A stretch of DNA of 64,000 nucleotides from a bacterium (lineage in GTDB: Bacteria > UBA8248): the NCBI GenBank assembly GCA_965199855.1, contig OZ241326.1, positions 1,728,001-1,792,000 of the forward strand, given 5' to 3'. Positions 17,895-27,630 of this stretch are shown piece after piece. The position numbers and the translations under genes are program-made. Every line of letters starts with the position of its first letter. Positions within the stretch are counted from its first letter, which is position 1. The notes beneath the pieces are model-generated. The model was not told the DNA's origin, made no database searches, and saw only the letters and a list, made by a program, of their open reading frames with translations.

Positions 17895-18503
17895 ATGGAG
17901 ATTCTGACCTTCCTCATCGTGGGCGGGGCCATCGGCGGCGCCTTTCTCTATACCGTCTGGCCCATCGCGCGTCCGCAGGCGGCCGCGGGCGTCCTGCCGG
18001 ACGAGGAGGGCGCGGGGCCGCCTTCGCGCCGGGAGCTGGCGCGCCTGCTGATGGACAGGGAGCAGGCCTACCGGAACATCATGGACATCGAGTTCGACAG
18101 GGAGATGGGAAAGCTCTCGGATGAGGATTACGCCGGAATGATGGCGCCCGCCCGCGCCCGGGCGGTGGAGGCGCTCAGACGCCTCGACGCCAGAGGCGTG
18201 AAGGAGGGGATGACGCCCCTGCGTCTGAACGAGCGCGAGGCGGCGCAGGCGGCCGACCGAATCGAGGGAGCCCCCCCGCTCGCCTTGAGGGGCGGCGCGG
18301 TCGAACAATCGCTCGACGAGCGGCTGGAGGCGGAGATTCTTCAATACAGAAGGACCCCGGACGAGGCGGGGCGCTTCTCATCCGGGGACGCTCCGCCGGA
18401 CGATAGGGATGAGAAAAAGAAGCGGCGGTTTTGCGCCTCATGCGGGCGCGCCGCGACCGAAGCGGACAATTTCTGCGCCGCCTGCGGACATCGGCTGAAT
18501 TGA
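17895..18503 (+). CDS. ccm-associated membrane protein with CcmI-like N-terminal helix and C-terminal zinc ribbon
   Basis: N-terminal TM, DIEFDREMGKLSDEDY, C-terminal FCASCG...FCAACG. Confidence 0.75.
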   Translation: MEILTFLIVGGAIGGAFLYTVWPIARPQAAAGVLPDEEGAGPPSRRELARLLMDREQAYRNIMDIEFDREMGKLSDEDYAGMMAPARARAVEALRRLDARGVKEGMTPLRLNEREAAQAADRIEGAPPLALRGGAVEQSLDERLEAEILQYRRTPDEAGRFSSGDAPPDDRDEKKKRRFCASCGRAATEADNFCAACGHRLN

Positions 18504-19402
18504 AGCGCGTCCGTCTCGTCCGAATCGCTATCGCCCTGTCGCTGCCCCTCGTCGGCGCGCACTGGGGGTTCTCCCACGCGCAGCCGGCGAAGCTCGATGC
18601 CGCCCCTCCCCGCGGGAAGGCCGAAAGCCCCGCCGCCGAGACGACGGACCTCTCCCGACTCAGGCTCAGGAGCAACGTTCTCGCCATCCGGCTGGAGAAG
18701 GGGTTTTTCGAGGTGGTGGAGATGCTGGATTTCGAGAACGAGGGAAGCGCCGCCATCGTCTCGAAAGACGGCGCGCCCACGCTCAGGTTCGCCCTGCCCA
18801 GAAGCAGCAATATAAGGAATCCCAGGGCGCGCTGGAGCGCGGCGCCCGTCGGCCTCGACCAGAAATTCCTCACGTCCGCCGGGGATGAGCTGCGGACGAG
18901 CGAGCCGATCCCCCCGGGGCGGAAATTCGTCGTCCTCACCTATCGGCTGGCGGATGAGTTCGGCGGCATCCGCGTGGAGAAGCCGATTCTCTACGACACG
19001 GGGAACTTCGCCGTTCTGCCCGAGAAGGGGCTCGTGCAGGCCTCCGTACCGGGCTTTTCCGCCGCGCCCGCCCTGACGCTTCAGAACAGGGAATACGAGC
19101 GCTTCGCCGGGGCCGTCAGAACCGGCGCGGTCGTGCGCATCGACATGCAGGCGCCGGATTCGACGGGCGGCTTGGGAATTTTCTACGTTGTGGGCGGCCT
19201 CGCGGCCGCGTCGGGTCTGGGGCTGGGCTTCTATATCCGGAAGAGGAGGAGCGCGGCCCTCTCCGCGCAGGCGGAGCGCGAGGAGACGCTGCGCGCCATC
19301 GCCCTGCTCGACGATCGCTTGGCCCAAGGGGAGATTTCTCCCGATGAGCACGCCCGCGCGCGCGCGCCGCGCTTCGAGCGCCTCCGGGAACTCTCCGCCT
19401 GA
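18500..19402 (+). CDS. ccm-associated exported/membrane protein of unknown function
   Basis: TTG overlapping upstream TGA; signal-like N terminus, C-terminal TM, then LDDRLAQGEISPDEH helix. Confidence 0.65.
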   Translation: MKRVRLVRIAIALSLPLVGAHWGFSHAQPAKLDAAPPRGKAESPAAETTDLSRLRLRSNVLAIRLEKGFFEVVEMLDFENEGSAAIVSKDGAPTLRFALPRSSNIRNPRARWSAAPVGLDQKFLTSAGDELRTSEPIPPGRKFVVLTYRLADEFGGIRVEKPILYDTGNFAVLPEKGLVQASVPGFSAAPALTLQNREYERFAGAVRTGAVVRIDMQAPDSTGGLGIFYVVGGLAAASGLGLGFYIRKRRSAALSAQAEREETLRAIALLDDRLAQGEISPDEHARARAPRFERLRELSA

Positions 19403-19415
19403 GAGGGCGAACGCC

Positions 19416-20120
19416 ATGCTGGAGGCTCTGGGCGTATCCAGACGATACGGATGGCGGTGGGCGCTCCGGGACGCGAGCCTCGCCCTCGCTCCCGGCGAGA
19501 CGCTCGCCGTTCTGGGAAAAAACGGATCGGGCAAGACCACGCTTCTCAAAACGCTCGCCGGCCTGCTGCGGCCCACGCGGGGGGAGGTGCGCGTCGGCGG
19601 CGAGCCGCTTTCGCGCGGGGCGAAGGCGCGCATCGGCCTGCTCTCGCACGAGCCCATGCTCTACGAGGGGCTGACGATGCGGGAGAACCTCGCATACGCC
19701 GCCAGGCTCTTCGGGGTGGGACGCGCGGAGGCCCGGGAGCGGATGAACGCCCTGGCGGAGGCGCTCGGCGTCTCGGAGCGCCTCGACGAGCCCGCGCGCG
19801 CCCTGAGCCGGGGCCTTGCGCAGAGGGCGGCGCTCGCTCGCGCGCTTTTGCACGAGCCCGACGTCGTGTTGCTCGATGAGCCTTTTTCGGGCTTGGACCC
19901 GGAGGCCGCCGGACGCCTGGAGGGCGTCGCGCGCGCCCTTTGCGGGCGCGAGGGGCGCGTCGTGGCGTTCACGACGCACGACGTTTCGAGAGCCTTCGGG
20001 ATGGCGGACAGAATCGTCGTTTTGGCCGGAGGACGCCTCGTCCATGACGCGGAAGCCGGGGATTCCGGACGGGAGGAAGCCCTGTCCGCGTTCGATGAAC
20101 GCCCTGCGAGCGCGGGATGA
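19416..20120 (+). CDS. ccmA: Heme exporter ATP-binding protein CcmA
   Basis: GKNGSGKTT, LSRGLAQR, LLDEPFSGLD; operon context. Confidence 0.9.
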   Translation: MLEALGVSRRYGWRWALRDASLALAPGETLAVLGKNGSGKTTLLKTLAGLLRPTRGEVRVGGEPLSRGAKARIGLLSHEPMLYEGLTMRENLAYAARLFGVGRAEARERMNALAEALGVSERLDEPARALSRGLAQRAALARALLHEPDVVLLDEPFSGLDPEAAGRLEGVARALCGREGRVVAFTTHDVSRAFGMADRIVVLAGGRLVHDAEAGDSGREEALSAFDERPASAG

Positions 20121-20806
20121 AACGCTTTTTCTCCGTCTTTTTCGCGGCGGCGGAGAAAGATTTGCGCCTCGAGTGGCGGACGAGGGAGAGCGTCCTCCTC
20201 ATGGCGGTTTTCGCGCTCTTGACGCTCACGCTTTTCAGTTTCGCGCTCGGCCCGGGCGGAGGGGGGACGGAAGGGGCGCGCGCCGCGCAGGCGGGGGTTT
20301 TGTGGATAGCGTTTTTGTTCGCCTGCGTCCTCGGGCTTTCGCGCTCGATGGGCGTGGAGCGCGAAAGCGCGGGATTCTCGCTCATGCGCGCCAGCCCGGC
20401 CGAGCCCGCCGCGCTGTATCTGGGCAAGGTGGCGTCGATGGTCGTTCTGATGGGGGTCATGGAGCTGGCGGGCTTCGTCGCTCTCGCCGTTCTCTACCGG
20501 GCGGACGCCTGGAGCTCGGCGGGCGCGCTCGCTCTCGTCTCGGCCGCCGCCACCCCTGGAATCGCGGGCGCGGGCGCCCTGTTCTCCGCCATGAGCGCGC
20601 GGACGCGAACGCGCGAGGCGCTGCTGCCCGTTTTGATGTTTCCCGCCCTCGTTCCCGTTCTGATCGCCTCCGTGAAGGCGACCGAAGCCCATCTGGGCGG
20701 CGGCGGATGGGCGGACGCGAAGGATTGGCTTCGTCTGATCCTGGTGTATGATGCCGTGGTGCTGGTGGCCGCCTCGATGCTTTTTGAATATATTTTAGAG
20801 GAATAG
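20117..20806 (+). CDS. ccmB: Heme exporter permease CcmB
   Basis: KDLRLEWR, LYLGK, LLPVLMFP; hydrophobic. Confidence 0.9.
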   Translation: MKRFFSVFFAAAEKDLRLEWRTRESVLLMAVFALLTLTLFSFALGPGGGGTEGARAAQAGVLWIAFLFACVLGLSRSMGVERESAGFSLMRASPAEPAALYLGKVASMVVLMGVMELAGFVALAVLYRADAWSSAGALALVSAAATPGIAGAGALFSAMSARTRTREALLPVLMFPALVPVLIASVKATEAHLGGGGWADAKDWLRLILVYDAVVLVAASMLFEYILEE

Positions 20807-20900
20807 CATCAATGGATTGCGGGGCGGCTGCCCTAAAAACGCCTCATGTATCCGCGCAGGCGCCTCTCCGCAGGCCGGCCGCCGGCGGGAGGAGCGCCTG

Positions 20901-21596
20901 ATGCCCCGAAACGAGCGGGGAGCGCTCGCGTGGCTGCCGCCTCTCGCCCTGTGCCTGCTCGCCTTCGCCATTTTCGCGGATTTGTTCATCGCCGGAACGG
21001 ACAGGCTCCAGGGGCCTCCGCAGCGCATTTTCTACGTCCACGTTCCCTCGGCCTGGGTCGCGTTTTTCGCCTTTTTCCTGGTGTTCGTCTTCTCGATCAA
21101 ATATCTCGCCGCGCGGAAGAGGGACGACGACGTCCGGGCGCACGCCTGCGCGGAGGCGGGTGTCGTCTTCTGCACGCTGGTGCTGATCACCGGCCCGATA
21201 TGGGCGCGCCCGGTCTGGGGCGTGTGGTGGACGTGGGACGCGCGGCTCACCACCACGCTCATCCTGTGGATGATGTATGTGGGATACCTGATGCTGCGCG
21301 CCTACATGACGGAGCCGGAGCAGAGGGCGCGGTTCGCCGCCGTGCTGGGGATCGTCGCCTTCCTGAACGTGCCCATCGTGCACATGTCGGTGGAATGGTG
21401 GCGCACGCTGCATCCCGGGCCGGTGGTGATGCGCTCGGGCGGTCTCGGCGATCTGCCCGGCTCCATGCACGTCGCGCTGTGGAGCTCCCTGCTGGCCTTC
21501 GCGCTCCTGTTCGCGTGCTTCGTCCGGAAGCGCGCGCGAATCGAGCGCCTCAACGTTCGGGTGGAGGAGGCGCGCGCCGCGCGGGAGGGAGGCTGA
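20901..21596 (+). CDS. ccmC: Heme exporter CcmC
   Basis: YVHVPSAW, WARPVWGVWWTWDARLT (WWD domain), EWWRTLHP. Confidence 0.95.
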   Translation: MPRNERGALAWLPPLALCLLAFAIFADLFIAGTDRLQGPPQRIFYVHVPSAWVAFFAFFLVFVFSIKYLAARKRDDDVRAHACAEAGVVFCTLVLITGPIWARPVWGVWWTWDARLTTTLILWMMYVGYLMLRAYMTEPEQRARFAAVLGIVAFLNVPIVHMSVEWWRTLHPGPVVMRSGGLGDLPGSMHVALWSSLLAFALLFACFVRKRARIERLNVRVEEARAAREGG

Positions 21597-21727
21597 TGGG
21601 CTACGTGACGGCGGCCTACGTCGTCGTTCTGGGCGGGTTCGCGCTTTACTGGTGGACGCTCAGGGCGCGGATGGATGCCTTGCGGGAGGAGGAGAGGAAG
21701 CTCGGGAGCAAGGGAGGCTCCAGGTGA
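21596..21727 (+). CDS. ccmD: CcmD-like small membrane protein (43 aa)
   Basis: TGATG coupling to ccmC; MGYVTAAYVVVLGGFALYWWTL followed by charged tail. Confidence 0.75.
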   Translation: MGYVTAAYVVVLGGFALYWWTLRARMDALREEERKLGSKGGSR

Positions 21728-22212
21728 CGCGTTTCTGGATCGTCCTGTGTCTGCTGGCCGTCTTGTGTCCGTCCCCGACGGCGGGGGCCGCCTCGCCGGG
21801 GGCGAAGACGACTTTCTCCGAGGTGGCGGGCGCCCTTATGAGTCCCGTCTGTCCGGGGAAGCTGCTGGGCGACTGCCCGAGCAGCGAGGGGGCGCAGCTG
21901 CGCGAGCTCGTGCGCCGCAAGATATTCGCCGGGGAGACGAAAGAGCAGATCGTTCGGTATTTCGTCGAAGTCTATGGCCGGGAGGTCCTGCCGAAGCCGC
22001 CGGCGGAGGGCTTTTATCTGACCGCCTGGCTTCTTCCCGCCGCCGGTCTGCTGGCCGGCTTCGGCGTAGTGATCGTTCTGGTGAGGGCGTGGGCGAGACG
22101 CCCGGAAGAGGGGCGGCAAGGCGAGGGGAGGAGTGAGGCTCCGCAAGAGGCCGCTTCGGACGATTCCCTGGAAAGCCGCCTGCGGCGCGAACTGCGCGAT
22201 TTCGAGGCCTGA
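21724..22212 (+). CDS. ccmH: CcmH/CycL-like protein
   Basis: GTG overlap with ccmD stop; LMSPVCPGKLLGDCPS, GETKEQIVRYFVEVYG, AWLLP, RLRREL. Confidence 0.8.
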   Translation: MTRFWIVLCLLAVLCPSPTAGAASPGAKTTFSEVAGALMSPVCPGKLLGDCPSSEGAQLRELVRRKIFAGETKEQIVRYFVEVYGREVLPKPPAEGFYLTAWLLPAAGLLAGFGVVIVLVRAWARRPEEGRQGEGRSEAPQEAASDDSLESRLRRELRDFEA

Positions 22213-22248
22213 GCCGCCGTTCTCCCCCGATCCGCCCGGAGTTTTTCG

Positions 22249-22956
22249 ATGCCCTACGTTCCCAAAGCCGAAATCGCCAGAAATATCGACGGCATGGACA
22301 GGTCCCGCCGGGAGCGATCCCGCCGAATCTCCGCGTGGAGGCTCATCGGCATGTGCTTGAGCCTCGTTCTCGTGGTTTGGGCGATGACGCATTTCGGGGA
22401 ATGGGGTCGGCGAACCGAAGCGCCCGCGCCGAAAACGGAGCGAAAGCGGGAGGCGGCCAGGCAGGCGGCGCCTCGGGCGGACGACGCCGACCTGTTCCGG
22501 GACATGAGCTTTCTGAGGCAGGCGAAGCGCGCCGAAGCTCCGGGCGTTTTTCTGAAAACGCTGGACGGGGGCGAGCGTTCCCCGGCGCGGCAGGAGGGAA
22601 AGATCGTCCTGATCAATTTCTGGGCGACGTGGTGCCAGCCCTGCGTTCGGGAGATGCCCTCCATCGAGCGGCTTTATCGCAAATACAAGGCGCGGGGGCT
22701 TGAAATCGTGGCGGTGTCGCTGGATCAGGGCGGGGCGGAGGAGGTGCGCGCGTTCGCCGGGAAGCTCGGGCTCACGTTTCCCATTCTCCTCGACCCCGGA
22801 CACGAGGCGAGGGCGCTTTACAAGGTTCGGGGCCTGCCGACGACCTATCTCGTGGACAGAAAGGGTCGGGTGGCGGGATACGGCATCGGGCCGCGCGAGT
22901 GGGACAGCGAGGCCGCCTACGCTCTGGTGGGGCATCTGTTGGATGAGAAAGGCTGA
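22249..22956 (+). CDS. TlpA/ResA/CcmG-like membrane-anchored thioredoxin
   Basis: NFWATWCQPCVREMP, GLPTTYLVD. Confidence 0.9.
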   Translation: MPYVPKAEIARNIDGMDRSRRERSRRISAWRLIGMCLSLVLVVWAMTHFGEWGRRTEAPAPKTERKREAARQAAPRADDADLFRDMSFLRQAKRAEAPGVFLKTLDGGERSPARQEGKIVLINFWATWCQPCVREMPSIERLYRKYKARGLEIVAVSLDQGGAEEVRAFAGKLGLTFPILLDPGHEARALYKVRGLPTTYLVDRKGRVAGYGIGPREWDSEAAYALVGHLLDEKG

Positions 22957-23554
22957 AAGCGCTTCCGAAAATTCGGCGACCGCCCAGCGAAGGGCGAAGC
23001 GGCTGGCCGCTTCGTTCATTCTGGCGCCCGCGCTGCTCACGTTGCTCTGGGGGATGGGCGAGCGCCTGGCGACGGAGCGCGTCGAAAAAGCGCCCGCGCC
23101 CGCTCCCGAAATCGGCGGACCGGCGCCGCCGTTCGAGTATCCGCTTCTGGGCGGGGGACGCGCCTCTCTGGCGGGGCAGAGGGGCAAGGCGGCGCTCGTC
23201 AACGTGTGGGCTACCTGGTGCGCCCCGTGCCTGGAGGAAATGCCGGACCTGCAGCGCCTCTACGAGAGGATGAAGCGGGAGGGCGCGCCCTTCGAGATAC
23301 TGGCGGTGAGCATCGACGCCCTGGGCGCGGACGCGGTGGCGGGGTTCGTAGAGCGCTTCGGCCTCACGTTTCCGGTTCTCCTCGACCCGCGCGGAAGCAT
23401 CAGGAAGCTCTACCGCACCACCGGCGTGCCGGAAACCTTCATCGTGGACGCCCGGGGCCGCCTCCTGCGGAAAATCATCGGCGTCCGCAAGTGGGACGCT
23501 CCGGCTGTCGTCTCCTATCTCAAGCGGGCGGCCCGACTCGGCGAAAACTCATAG
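22943..23554 (+). CDS. Second TlpA/ResA/CcmG-like thioredoxin
   Basis: NVWATWCAPCLEEMP, GVPETFIVD; start approximate. Confidence 0.88.
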   Translation: MRKAESASENSATAQRRAKRLAASFILAPALLTLLWGMGERLATERVEKAPAPAPEIGGPAPPFEYPLLGGGRASLAGQRGKAALVNVWATWCAPCLEEMPDLQRLYERMKREGAPFEILAVSIDALGADAVAGFVERFGLTFPVLLDPRGSIRKLYRTTGVPETFIVDARGRLLRKIIGVRKWDAPAVVSYLKRAARLGENS

Positions 23555-23695
23555 CATCGCCGCTCCGCTGGCGGGAGAGGGCGGAAAGGCTCCGCGCCTT
23601 CCGGACGCCAGTCTGGTCGTCGTCCCTTCGCCTTCGCCGGACGGCGGAGGATTCTCCCGGCGCGGCGGCGAAACTCCCGCGCGCCCGTGAAGCGC

Positions 23696-24793
23696 CTACA
23701 GCTCGAAGCCCAGCCGCAGCTCCTCGTTCAGCCTTCGCATCTGCTCCAGGACGGCGGGCGTGATGGGGACGCCGATGCGCCTGTTCTCCTCCTCCGCCAT
23801 CGCCTCGGGCTCCCCGTGAATGTAGATGCGATCATGGCCGGGGGCTTTTTTCGCCCCCCGGATGGTCTCGAAAAGCCGCGCCATGTCCCCGAACGTGGCG
23901 GATGCGTCCCGGAAGCCGGACACCTTGATGGCGCCCATGAAGTGGCCCGTGGCGGATTTCGCCGCGCCGGCGGCCCCCGCCATGCGGCTCTCCAGCCCCG
24001 CGCCCGAGAGCGCGCCACAGAGAAGCTCGACCATCAGCTGGAGGCCGTAGCCCTTGTGGCCCCCGGTTTCGTCTCCCTCGCCGCCCAGAGGCGCCAGCGG
24101 CACCTCGTAGTTCAGGATGCTCTTCTCGTTCAGGGTGGGCGTCCCCATCGAGGAGAGCACCCAGCCCTCGGGGATTTCGCGGCCCTCCCGAAGCGCCGTC
24201 TCGATTTTGCCGACGGCGGTGACGGAGGTGGCCATGTCGAGGTGGAAATCGGTTCCTCCCGGCCCTCCGGGTATCGCCACGCTCATCGGGTTGGTGCCGA
24301 AGAGCGCCTCCGCCCCGAAGGTGGGGGCGGTGCGGCGTCCGCCGTTCGTCATGCTGATGCCGATGAAGCCCGCCTCCATCGCTTTCTTCGCCCAGTAGCC
24401 CGCGTAGCCGAAGTGGCTGCTGTTGCGGACGGTCACGAAGCCCGAGCCGCGCTTCTCCGCCATGGCGAGGGCCTCGTCCATCGCGCGGCTGGAGGCCACG
24501 ATGCCGATGGCGTCGTCCGCGTCGAGGAGGCCGGTGGTGTCGCTCCCCCGGTGGAACTTCATGTCGGGTCTGGCGTTCAGCACACCGTTCTCCAGCCGCA
24601 CCATGAAGAAGCTCAGGCGCGCCGCCCCGTGGCTGCGGATGCCCCGCAAATCGGCGCTCACGAGGACTTTCGCCACCAGCCTGGCGTCGTCCTCGGGCAC
24701 GTCCCTGTTGCGGAACAGGGCATAGACGAACTCTTCGATGACCTGCGCGGGAAAGCGCGCGGTGCCTTCTGGCAGCGGGCCGGACTCAACCAT
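23696..24793 (-). CDS. Ldh_2 family dehydrogenase
   Basis: ADLRGIRSHG, NSSHFG, GTNPMS, DMATS, GHKGYGL. Confidence 0.9.
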   Translation of the reverse strand: MVESGPLPEGTARFPAQVIEEFVYALFRNRDVPEDDARLVAKVLVSADLRGIRSHGAARLSFFMVRLENGVLNARPDMKFHRGSDTTGLLDADDAIGIVASSRAMDEALAMAEKRGSGFVTVRNSSHFGYAGYWAKKAMEAGFIGISMTNGGRRTAPTFGAEALFGTNPMSVAIPGGPGGTDFHLDMATSVTAVGKIETALREGREIPEGWVLSSMGTPTLNEKSILNYEVPLAPLGGEGDETGGHKGYGLQLMVELLCGALSGAGLESRMAGAAGAAKSATGHFMGAIKVSGFRDASATFGDMARLFETIRGAKKAPGHDRIYIHGEPEAMAEEENRRIGVPITPAVLEQMRRLNEELRLGFEL

Positions 24794-24970
24794 GAACCTC
24801 TCCTCGAAAATTTTCGGAATTTTTCGCCGACATGGTGAACGAGCCGCATCTTAGCCCGTTTCCGCGGCTTTCGGGAAGCCGCCGCCCCGCCGCGTCCCTC
24901 CTTGCGGGTCTCTCGCCTGTTTTGTCAAAATGCGCTTCTTTTCGCGGAATGCGACAGGGAAGGGAGTGCT

Positions 24971-26023
24971 ATGAAAGCGGCCCGCATAGCGGTGGTGCGC
25001 GGAGACGGCATAGCGAACGAGGTGATGCCCGAGGCCGAGGAGACGCTGCAGGCGGCGGCCGGGGCGGCTTCCTTTCCGGTGGCGTTTGAATACTTCGACT
25101 GGGGTAGCGAGCGCTACTTGAGAGAGGGCCGGGGGATGCCCGAGGATGGGTGCGAGACGCTCCGGGGGTTTGACGCCGTGTTCCAGGGGGCGATCGGCGA
25201 CCCGCGCGTTCCGGGGTCGATCGTGCAGGAGCAGGTCATTCTGGGCGTCCGCTTCGGCCTCGACCTCTACGCCAACATCCGCCCCTGCCGGCTCTATCAT
25301 GCGGATTTGACGCCGCTCAAGAGCATGGGGGCGGGAGATATCGACCACGTCGTGGTTCGGGAGAACACCGAGGGGCTGTTCGTGAACGTGGGCGGCTTCT
25401 TCAAGCGGGGGACGAAGGACGAGGTCGCCCTTCAGGAGGAGGTTCACACCTACAAGGGGGTGGAGCGCGTCATCCGCGCCTCGTTCGAGTTCGCTAGGCG
25501 GCATGGGAGGCGAAAGGTCACCATGGCGGATAAGGCGAGCGGGCTGCGCTATGCGGGAGGCATCTGGCGCCGCGTGTTCGAGGAGGCGCGGGCGAATTTC
25601 CCCGAAGTCGAATCCGAGGCCACGCACATCGACGCGGTGGCGATGGAGATGATCCGCCGTCCGGCCGAGTTCGACGTCATCGTCACGAACAATATGTTCG
25701 GCGACATCCTGAGCGACGTCGCCTCCGCCCTCGTGGGCGGTCTGGGGCTCGCGGCGTCGGCGAACGTGAACATGGGGGGCGTCTCGATGTTCGAGCCGGT
25801 GCACGGCACGGCCCCCGACATCTGCGGGCGGGGAATCGCCAACCCCATGGCCGCCATCCTGACGGGCGCGCTCCTGCTGGAGCATCTCGGCTGCGGGGCG
25901 GGCGCCGCGTCCATCCGGCGCGCCGTGGAGGAGGCCATCGCGCGCGGGGAGCGCACGCGGGACCTGGGCGGCGCGCTGACCACCAAAGAATGCGGAGACG
26001 CCATACGAAGCAGACTGGCCTAG
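24971..26023 (+). CDS. Isocitrate/isopropylmalate/tartrate dehydrogenase family protein
   Basis: GDGIA.EV, RENTEG, NMFGDILSD, MFEPVHGTAPDI. Confidence 0.92.
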   Translation: MKAARIAVVRGDGIANEVMPEAEETLQAAAGAASFPVAFEYFDWGSERYLREGRGMPEDGCETLRGFDAVFQGAIGDPRVPGSIVQEQVILGVRFGLDLYANIRPCRLYHADLTPLKSMGAGDIDHVVVRENTEGLFVNVGGFFKRGTKDEVALQEEVHTYKGVERVIRASFEFARRHGRRKVTMADKASGLRYAGGIWRRVFEEARANFPEVESEATHIDAVAMEMIRRPAEFDVIVTNNMFGDILSDVASALVGGLGLAASANVNMGGVSMFEPVHGTAPDICGRGIANPMAAILTGALLLEHLGCGAGAASIRRAVEEAIARGERTRDLGGALTTKECGDAIRSRLA

Positions 26024-26077
26024 AAATGCTCGCGCCGAATTGCGAAGCGAAAAATGAACCTGGGGGAGGGAGGGAAA

Positions 26078-26437
26078 ATGCCCGAAAAATCAGTCGTGGA
26101 CGTCGAGAAGGCGCCTTTCAGGATCGTCGAGTGGGGGCGGACGAAAATTCTGGTGAGTCCCTATGTGAACGGCTCCGAGCACGTGCGCGTGGGGCTCACC
26201 GAATACCACCCCGACACCCCGCACGAGCCGCACGCCCATCCCGGCCAGGAGGAGGTCATCTGGGTGCTGAGCGGCAGGGGCTACACGCAGACGGGCGAGG
26301 AGAAGATCGACCTCTACCCCGGGGCGGTGGCGTTCATCCCCGCCGGGATGGAGCACAAGACGGCGGCGGTGGAGGAGAAGATGCGGGCGATCATCATCAA
26401 GGGCCCCGTCCGAGACGCCGACGGCGTGATGAGCTAG
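26078..26437 (+). CDS. Cupin domain protein
   Basis: PHAHPGQEEVIWVLSGRG ... FIPAGMEH. Confidence 0.85.
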   Translation: MPEKSVVDVEKAPFRIVEWGRTKILVSPYVNGSEHVRVGLTEYHPDTPHEPHAHPGQEEVIWVLSGRGYTQTGEEKIDLYPGAVAFIPAGMEHKTAAVEEKMRAIIIKGPVRDADGVMS

Positions 26438-26579
26438 GGGGAGGCTTCGTCCCCTATGAGGCCGGCTTCCGCCCGCCGTTTTCGCAGAAGGGGTTTGATT
26501 TTTTCCGTCGCCGCTGGTCGTTTTTTACTCCGCCGCCCCGGCTTTGCAGTAGTGAAGAATGCGTCGGCAGGTTGCCCCA

Positions 26580-27626
26580 TCACGGCGGGAGCAGCATCAC
26601 CCGCTCGCCCTTGACCTCTATCTTCGTCCCGAAGGGTTCGTTCAGCGTCTCCATGACTTCCGTGATTCTGCGGCCCGCGCCCCGTTTCGGGGAATGGATA
26701 CGGGGCTTCGAGAAGACGCCCGCCGTCGCGGGGATGAGATAGGGATCCTCCACGCCCGATTTCGTCAGGACGCAGCCGAAGAGGAAGGTGTCGCGGGTTT
26801 CCTCCGTGAAGAAAGGGATATCGAAGTCGAAGATCAGGTTTCCCATGCTGTAGATGATGGGCGCGCCCTTGTGGAACTCGACCGCCTGGAGGACGTGCGG
26901 GTGGCCGCCCAGCGCCAGATGCGCGCCCGCGTCGATGGAGGCGCGGGCGATTTCGCGCTCGAAGTCCATGACCTCATGCGTCATGCTCACCCCCCAGTGG
27001 TGGTTCACCACCACGACGTCGGCCTTTTTCCGCAAATTCCGGATGTCGCGCTTCATGCGCGCGAGGTGGGCGGGTTCGGCCCAGGTGTCGATTCTGGGGG
27101 CGGTGCCCGGATATTCGGAAAGGTCGCGCCAGGGGCGATAGGCCGTGTGGACGCGCAGGGGGTTCACGCCCGGCGCGGCGGCGGCCGCCTCGAACCCCCG
27201 CGGGATGATGGAGGAATACGCCAGAAAGCCGACCGAGAGGCCCCCGCGCTCGAGGATGACCGGCTTTCTCGCCGCTCGCAGGTTCGCGCCCCCGCCCACG
27301 AGGGGAATTTTCAGAGAATCCATGAGCGCGAGGGTTTCCGCGAAGGCTTCCTCCCCGTAGTCGAGCGCGTGATTGTTGGCGAAGGCCATGGCGTCGAAGC
27401 CCGCCTCGGCGAGGGCCCGGGCCATCTCCGGCGCGCCGCGCAGGAGGATTTTCTCGGGAGCCGGCTTTCCGCCGCGGGAGAGGGGGAGTTCCAGGTTGGC
27501 GAAGGCTATGTCCGCTTCCCGGAAGAGGGGAGCGAGCCCGCCGAAGGCGCCTTTGGCCTCCGCGCGATTGACGGCGATGTCGCCTCCCGCGAGAAGCGTC
27601 GGCCTGCCTGCGGCGCGGGAGGGCAC
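26580..27626 (-). CDS. CapA/PgsA-family metallophosphoesterase-like protein
   Basis: GDI, ANLE, ANNHALDYG, HWG, GGHPH and YSMGN motifs; no signal peptide. Confidence 0.9.
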   Translation of the reverse strand: MPSRAAGRPTLLAGGDIAVNRAEAKGAFGGLAPLFREADIAFANLELPLSRGGKPAPEKILLRGAPEMARALAEAGFDAMAFANNHALDYGEEAFAETLALMDSLKIPLVGGGANLRAARKPVILERGGLSVGFLAYSSIIPRGFEAAAAAPGVNPLRVHTAYRPWRDLSEYPGTAPRIDTWAEPAHLARMKRDIRNLRKKADVVVVNHHWGVSMTHEVMDFEREIARASIDAGAHLALGGHPHVLQAVEFHKGAPIIYSMGNLIFDFDIPFFTEETRDTFLFGCVLTKSGVEDPYLIPATAGVFSKPRIHSPKRGAGRRITEVMETLNEPFGTKIEVKGERVMLLPP

Positions 27627-27630
27627 GGGG

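Noticed and set aside
26580-27626. Poly-gamma-glutamate capsule locus
   Set aside because: Only a CapA-family domain is present; no capB/capC and no membrane anchor
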